A DNA stretch of 64,000 nucleotides from Auanema rhodensis. Lineage: Eukaryota > Animalia > Nematoda. A program made the translations under genes and the position numbers. This document shows, piece by piece, positions 58,201 through 64,000 of the stretch. Within the stretch, counting starts at the first letter, position 1. Each line of letters starts with the position of its first letter. The stretch lies in assembly GCA_964057225.1 (NCBI GenBank), contig OZ059900.1, positions 19,902,001 to 19,966,000 of the forward strand, read 5' to 3'. The notes beneath the pieces were generated by a model. The model saw only the letters and a list, made by a program, of their open reading frames with translations. It made no database searches and was not told the DNA's origin.

Positions 58201-61200
58201 TTGTCGTGAAAGTGGAACTAGACGTTGTACGAACAATTTTGAGCTAGGTTTCATTGACATTGCATGAGTTTGAACACATGAAATCGTAAGTCAAAACCTT
58301 GTTTACAGCAAAATTTCCAAAAACTGGTTTTCCAGCATAATAAAATATTTCTCATGGGAAATACTGTGTTTTTGTATTTTTCTAGTGTTCAGCATGTAAA
58401 ATGCTTCATTTTAGTATGTAACACGCTGAAATTCGTTGCATTTGACGACTCATATGAACAAAAATCGATTTAATCAATATTAGCCATAAGGGGCGTGCCC
58501 TCAGAATATGCTAATTTCCTTAATTTTCGAACCCCTGTTTTTTTGTCGTGAAAGTGGAACTAGACGTTGTACGAACAATTTTGAGCTATGTTTCATTGAC
58601 ATTGCATGAGTTTGAACACATGAAATCGTAAGTCAAAACCTTGTTTACAGCGAAATTTCCAAAAACTGGTTTTCCAGCATAATAAAATATTTCTCATGGG
58701 AAATACTGTGTTTTTGTATTTTTCTAGTGTTCAGCATGTAAAATGCTTCATTTTAGTATGTAACACGCTGAAATTCGTTGCATTTGACGACTCATATGAA
58801 CAAAAATCGATTTAATCAATATTAGCCATAAGGGGCGTGCCCTCAGAATATGCTAATTTCCTTAATTTTCTAACCCCTGTTTTTTTGTCGTGAAAGTGAA
58901 ACTAGACGTTGTACGAACAATTTTGAGCTAGGTTTCATTGACATTGCATGAGTTTGAACACATGAAATCGTAAGTCAAAACCTTGTTTACAGCGAAATTT
59001 CCAAAAACTGGTTTTCCAGCATAATAAAATATTTCTCATGGGAAATACTGTGTTTTTGTATTTTTCTAGTGTTCAGCATGTAAAATGCTTCATTTTAGTA
59101 TGTAACACGCTGAAATTCGTTGCATTTGACGACTCATATGAACAAAAATCGATTTAATCAATATTAGCCATAAGGGGCGTGCCCTCAGAATATGCTAATT
59201 TCCTTAATTTTCTAACCCCTGTTTTTTTGTCGTGAAAGTGGAACTAGACGTTGTACGAACATTTTTGAGCTATGTTTCATTGACATTGCATGAGTTTGAA
59301 CACATGAAATCGTAAGTCAAAACCTTGTTTACAGCGAAATTTCCAAAAACTGGTTTTCCAGCATAATAAAATATTTCTCATGGGAAATACTGTGTTTTTG
59401 TATTTTTCTAGTGTTCAGCATGTAAAATGCTTCATTTTAGTATGTAACACGCTGAAATTCGTTGCATTTGACGACTCATATGAACAAAAATCGATTTAAT
59501 CAATATTAGCCATAAGGGGCGTGCCCTCAGAATATGCTAATTTCCTTAATTTTCTAACCCCTGTTTTTTTGTCGTGAAAGTGGAACTAGACGTTGTACGA
59601 ACAATTTTGAGCTAGGTTTCATTGACATTGCATGAGTTTGAACACATGAAATCGTAAGTCAAAACCTTGTTTACAGCGAAATTTCCAAAAACTGGTTTTC
59701 CAGCATAATAAAATATTTCTCATGGGAAATACTGTGTTTTTGTATTTTTCTAGTGTTCAGCATGTAAAATGCTTCCTTTTAGTATGTAACACGCTGAAAT
59801 TCGTTGCATTTGACGACTCATATGAACAAAAATCGATTTAATCAATATTAGCCATAAGGGGCGTGCCCTCAGAATATGCTAATTTCCTTAGTTTTCTAAC
59901 CCCTGTTTTTTTGTCGTGAAAGTGGAACTAGACGTTGTACGAACAATTTTGAGCTAGGTTTCATTGACATTGCATGAGTTTGAACACATGAAATCGTAAG
60001 TCAAAACCTTGTTTACAGCGAAATTTCCAAAAACTGGTTTTCCAGCATAATAAAATATTTCTCATGGGAAATACTGTGTTTTTGTATTTTTCTAGTGTTC
60101 AGCATGTAAAATGCTCCATTTTAGTATGTAACACGCTGAAATTCGTTGCATTTGACGAATCATATGAACAAAAATCGATTTAATCAATATTAGCCATAAG
60201 GGGCGTGCCCTCAGAATATGCTAATTTCCTTAATTTTCTAACCCCTGTTTTTTTGTCGTGAAAGTGGAACTAGACGTTGTACGAACAATTTTGAGCTAGG
60301 TTTCACTGACATTGCATGAGTTTGAACACATGAAATCGTAAGTCAAAACCTTGTTTACAGCGAAATTTCCAAAAACTGGTTTTCCAGCATAATAAAATAT
60401 TTCTCATGGGAAATACTGTGTTTTTGTATTTTTCTAGTGTTCAGCATGTAAAATGCTTCATTTTAGTATGTAACACGCTGAAATTCGTTGCATTTGACGA
60501 CTCATATGAACAAAAATCGATTTAATCAATATTAGCCATAAGGGGCGTGCCCTCAGAATATGCTAATTTCCTTAGTTTTCTAACCCCTGTTTTTTTGTCG
60601 TGAAAGTGGAACTAGACGTTGTACAAACAATTTTGAGCTAGGTTTCATTGACATTGCATGAGTTTGAACACATGAAATCGTAAGTCAAAACCTTGTTTAC
60701 AGCGAAATTTCCAAAAACTGGTTTTCCAGCATAATAAAATATTTCTCATGGGAAATACTGTGTTTTTGTATTTTTCTAGTGTTCAGCATGTAAAATGCTT
60801 CATTTTAGTATGTAACACGCTGAAATTCGTTGCATTTGACGACTCATATGAACAAAAATCGATTTAATCAATATTAGCCATAAGGGGCGTGCCCTCAGAA
60901 TATGCTAATTTCCTTAATTTTCTAACCCCTGTTTTTTTGTCGTGAAAGTGGAACTAGACGTTGTACGAACATTTTTGAGCTATGTTTCATTGACATTGCA
61001 TGAGTTTGAACACATGAAATCGTAAGTCAAAACCTTGTTTACAGCGAAATTTCCAAAAACTGGTTTTCCAGCATAATAAAATATTTCTCATGGGAAATAC
61101 TGTGTTTTTGTATTTTTCTAGTGTTCAGCATGTAAAATGCTTCATTTTAGTATGTAACACGCTGAAATTCGTTGCATTTGACGACTCATATGAACAAAAA

Positions 61201-64000
61201 TCGATTTAATCAATATTAGCCATAAGGGGCGTGCCCTCAGAATATGCTAATTTCCTTAATTTTCTAACCCCTGTTTTTTTGTCGTGAAAGTGGAACTAGA
61301 CGTTGTACGAACAATTTTGAGCTAGGTTTCATTGACATTGCATGAGTTTGAACACATGAAATCGTAAGTCAAAACCTTGTTTACAGCGAAATTTCCAAAA
61401 ACTGGTTTTCCAGCATAATAAAATATTTCTCATGGGAAATACTGTGTTTTTGTATTTTTCTAGTGTTCAGCATGTAAAATGCTTCCTTTTAGTATGTAAC
61501 ACGCTGAAATTCGTTGCATTTGACGACTCATATGAACAAAAATCGATTTAATCAATATTAGCCATAAGGGGCGTGCCCTCAGAATATGCTAATTTCCTTA
61601 GTTTTCTAACCCCTGTTTTTTTGTCGTGAAAGTGGAACTAGACGTTGTACGAACAATTTTGAGCTAGGTTTCATTGACATTGCATGAGTTTGAACACATG
61701 AAATCGTAAGTCAAAACCTTGTTTACAGCGAAATTTCCAAAAACTGGTTTTCCAGCATAATAAAATATTTCTCATGGGAAATACTGTGTTTTTGTATTTT
61801 TCTAGTGTTCAGCATGTAAAATGCTTCATTTTAGTATGTAACACGCTGAAATTCGTTGCATTTGACGACTCATATGAACAAAAATCGATTTAATCAATAT
61901 TAGCCATAAGGGGCGTGCCCTCAGAATATGCTAATTTCCTTAATTTTCTAACCCCTGTTTTTTTGTCGTGAAAGTGGAACTAGACGTTGTACGAACAATT
62001 TTGAGCTATGTTTCATTGACATTGCATGAGTTTGAACACATGAAATCGTAAGTCAAAACCTTGTTTACAGCGAAATTTCCAAAAACTGGTTTTCCAGCAT
62101 AATAAAATATTTCTCATGGGAAATACTGTGTTTTTGTATTTTTCTAGTGTTCAGCATGTAAAATGCTTCATTTTAGTATGTAACACGCTGAAATTCGTTG
62201 CATTTGACGACTCATATGAACAAAAATCGATTTAATCAATATTAGCCATAAGGGGCGTGCCCTCAGAATATGCTAATTTCCTTAATTTTCTAACCCCTGT
62301 TTTTTTGTCGTGAAAGTGGAACTAGACGTTGTACGAACAATTTTGAGCTAGGTTTCATTGACATTGCATGAGTTTGAACACATGAAATCGTAAGTCAAAA
62401 CCTTGTTTACAGCGAAATTTCCAAAAACTGGTTTTCCAGCATAATAAAATATTTCTCATGAGAAATACTGTGTTTTTGTATTTTTCTAGTGTTCAGCATG
62501 TAAAATGCTTCATTTTAGTATGTAACACGCTGAAATTCGTTGCATTTGACGACTCATATGAACAAAAATCGATTTAATCAATATTAGCCATAAGGGGCGT
62601 GCCCTCAGAATATGCTAATTTCCTTAATTTTCTAACCCCTGTTTTTTTGTCGTGAAAGTGGAACTAGACGTTGTACGAACAATTTTGAGCTAGGTTTCAT
62701 TGACATTGCATGAGTTTGAACACATGAAATCGTAAGTCAAAACCTTGTTTACAGCGAAATTTCCAAAAACTGGTTTTCCAGCATAATAAAATATTTCTCA
62801 TGGGAAATACTGTGTTTTTGTATTTTTCTAGTGTTCAGCATGTAAAACGCTTCATTTTAGTATGTAACACGCTGAAATTCGTTGCATTTGACGACTCATA
62901 TGAACAAAAATCGATTTAATCAATATTAGCCATAAGGGGCGTGCCCTCAGAATATGCTAATTTCCTTAATTTTCTAACCCCTGTTTTTTTGTCGTGAAAG
63001 TGGAACTAGACGTTGTACGAACAATTTTGAGCTAGGTTTCATTGACATTGCATGAGTTTGAACACATGAAATCGTAAGTCAAAACCTTGTTTACAGCGAA
63101 ATTTCCAAAAACTGGTTTTCCAGCATAATAAAATATTTCTCATGGGAAATACTGTGTTTTTGTATTTTTCTAGTGTTCAGCATGTAAAATGCTTCATTTT
63201 AGTATGTAACACGCTGAAATTCGTTGCATTTGACGACTCATATGAACAAAAATCGATTTAATCAATATTAGCCATAAGGGGCGTGCCCTCAGAATATGCT
63301 AATTTCCTTAATTTTCTAACCCTTGTTTTTTTGTCGTGAAAGTGGAACTAGACGTTGTACGAACAATTTTGAGCTAGGTTTCATTGACATTGCATGAGTT
63401 TGAACACATGAAATCGTAAGTCAAAACCTTGTTTACAGCGAAATTTCCAAAAACTGGTTTTCCAGCATAATAAAATATTTCTCATGGGAAATACTGTGTT
63501 TTTGTATTTTTCTAGTGTTCAGCATGTAAAATGCTTCATTTTAGTATGTAACACGCTGAAATTCGTTGCATTTGACGACTCATATGAACAAAAATCGATT
63601 TAATCAATATTAGCCATAAGGGGCGTGCCCTCAGAATATGCTAATTTCCTTAATTTTCTAACCCCTGTTTTTTTGTCGTGAAAGTGGAACTAGACGTTGT
63701 ACGAACAATTTTGAGCTAGGTTTCATTGACATTGCATGAGTTTGAACACATGAAATCGTAAGTCAAAACCTTGTTTACAGCGAAATTTCCAAAAACTGGT
63801 TTTCCAGCATAATAAAATATTTCTCATGGGAAATACTGTGTTTTTGTATTTTTCTAGTGTTCAGCATGTAAAATGCTTCATTTTAGTATGTAACACGCTG
63901 AAATTCGTTGCATTTGACGACTCATATGAACAAAAATCGATTTAATCAATATTAGCCATAAGGGGCGTGCCCTCAGAATATGCTAATTTCCTTAATTTTC
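52271..64000. repeat. Variant layer A' (same diagnostic variants as layer A), including a 5-monomer (1710-bp) higher-order repeat
   Basis: gaaaGtc, cttaGtt, gacgaAtc and gctaTg all return. acaTttttgagctaTg lies at ~57552, ~59262 and ~60972, and gcttcCtttt at 58066, 59776 and 61486 (1710-bp spacing). Confidence 0.85.

Larger units (their letters stand above)
1..64000. repeat. Tandem satellite DNA array, 342-bp monomer, 188 complete units plus a partial unit, single orientation, extending past both window ends
   Basis: TGAAA(T/G)TCGTTGCATTTGAC recurs at 1, 343, 685 and onward. Line 3421 (10x342+1) repeats line 1. The last unit starts at 63899, and 63898+398 (net indels) = 188x342. Most units differ from the consensus by only 0-3 substitutions. 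Confidence 0.99.

Noticed and set aside
1-64000. CRISPR array or tandem RNA gene cluster (5S rRNA, tRNA, snRNA, spliced leader)
   Set aside because: There are no unique spacers, and I recognise no conserved motifs of these RNA families in the monomer on either strand. An Rfam/Infernal scan would be needed to exclude them formally.

Overview
The whole window is one head-to-tail, single-orientation satellite DNA array. The monomer is 342 bp and about 66% A+T (116/342 G+C by hand count). There are 188 complete units plus a 102-bp partial unit (63899-64000). I see no genes, transposons, CRISPR spacers or unique sequence, and the listed ORFs are chance read-throughs caused by single substitutions in stop codons. 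Every departure from the 342-bp register is accounted for: two complex junctions (-159 bp each, at 25852 and 29118), one isolated 5-bp duplication (~26929), one 1-bp T insertion (~30792), ten copies of a +57-bp junction (32918-49355) and four copies of a 164-bp deletion that gives 178-bp monomers (42615-52212). The net change is -398 bp, which matches the end phase exactly. Diagnostic SNPs divide the array into layers: A (~1-8.3 kb), B (~8.6-26.7 kb), a mixed and diverged zone (~25.8-31.8 kb), C (~29.1-52.3 kb) and A' (~52.3-64 kb). Each layer has its own irregular higher-order repeats. The most interesting signals are: (1) templated-insertion junctions that end at the apex of a dyad in the monomer and have been amplified, (2) traces of an ancient ~171-bp dimer inside the monomer, and (3) matching multi-monomer haplotypes on both flanks of the internal layers. 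The array resembles a eukaryotic centromeric or pericentromeric satellite, but neither taxon nor function can be assigned from the sequence alone. I found no novel gene system.
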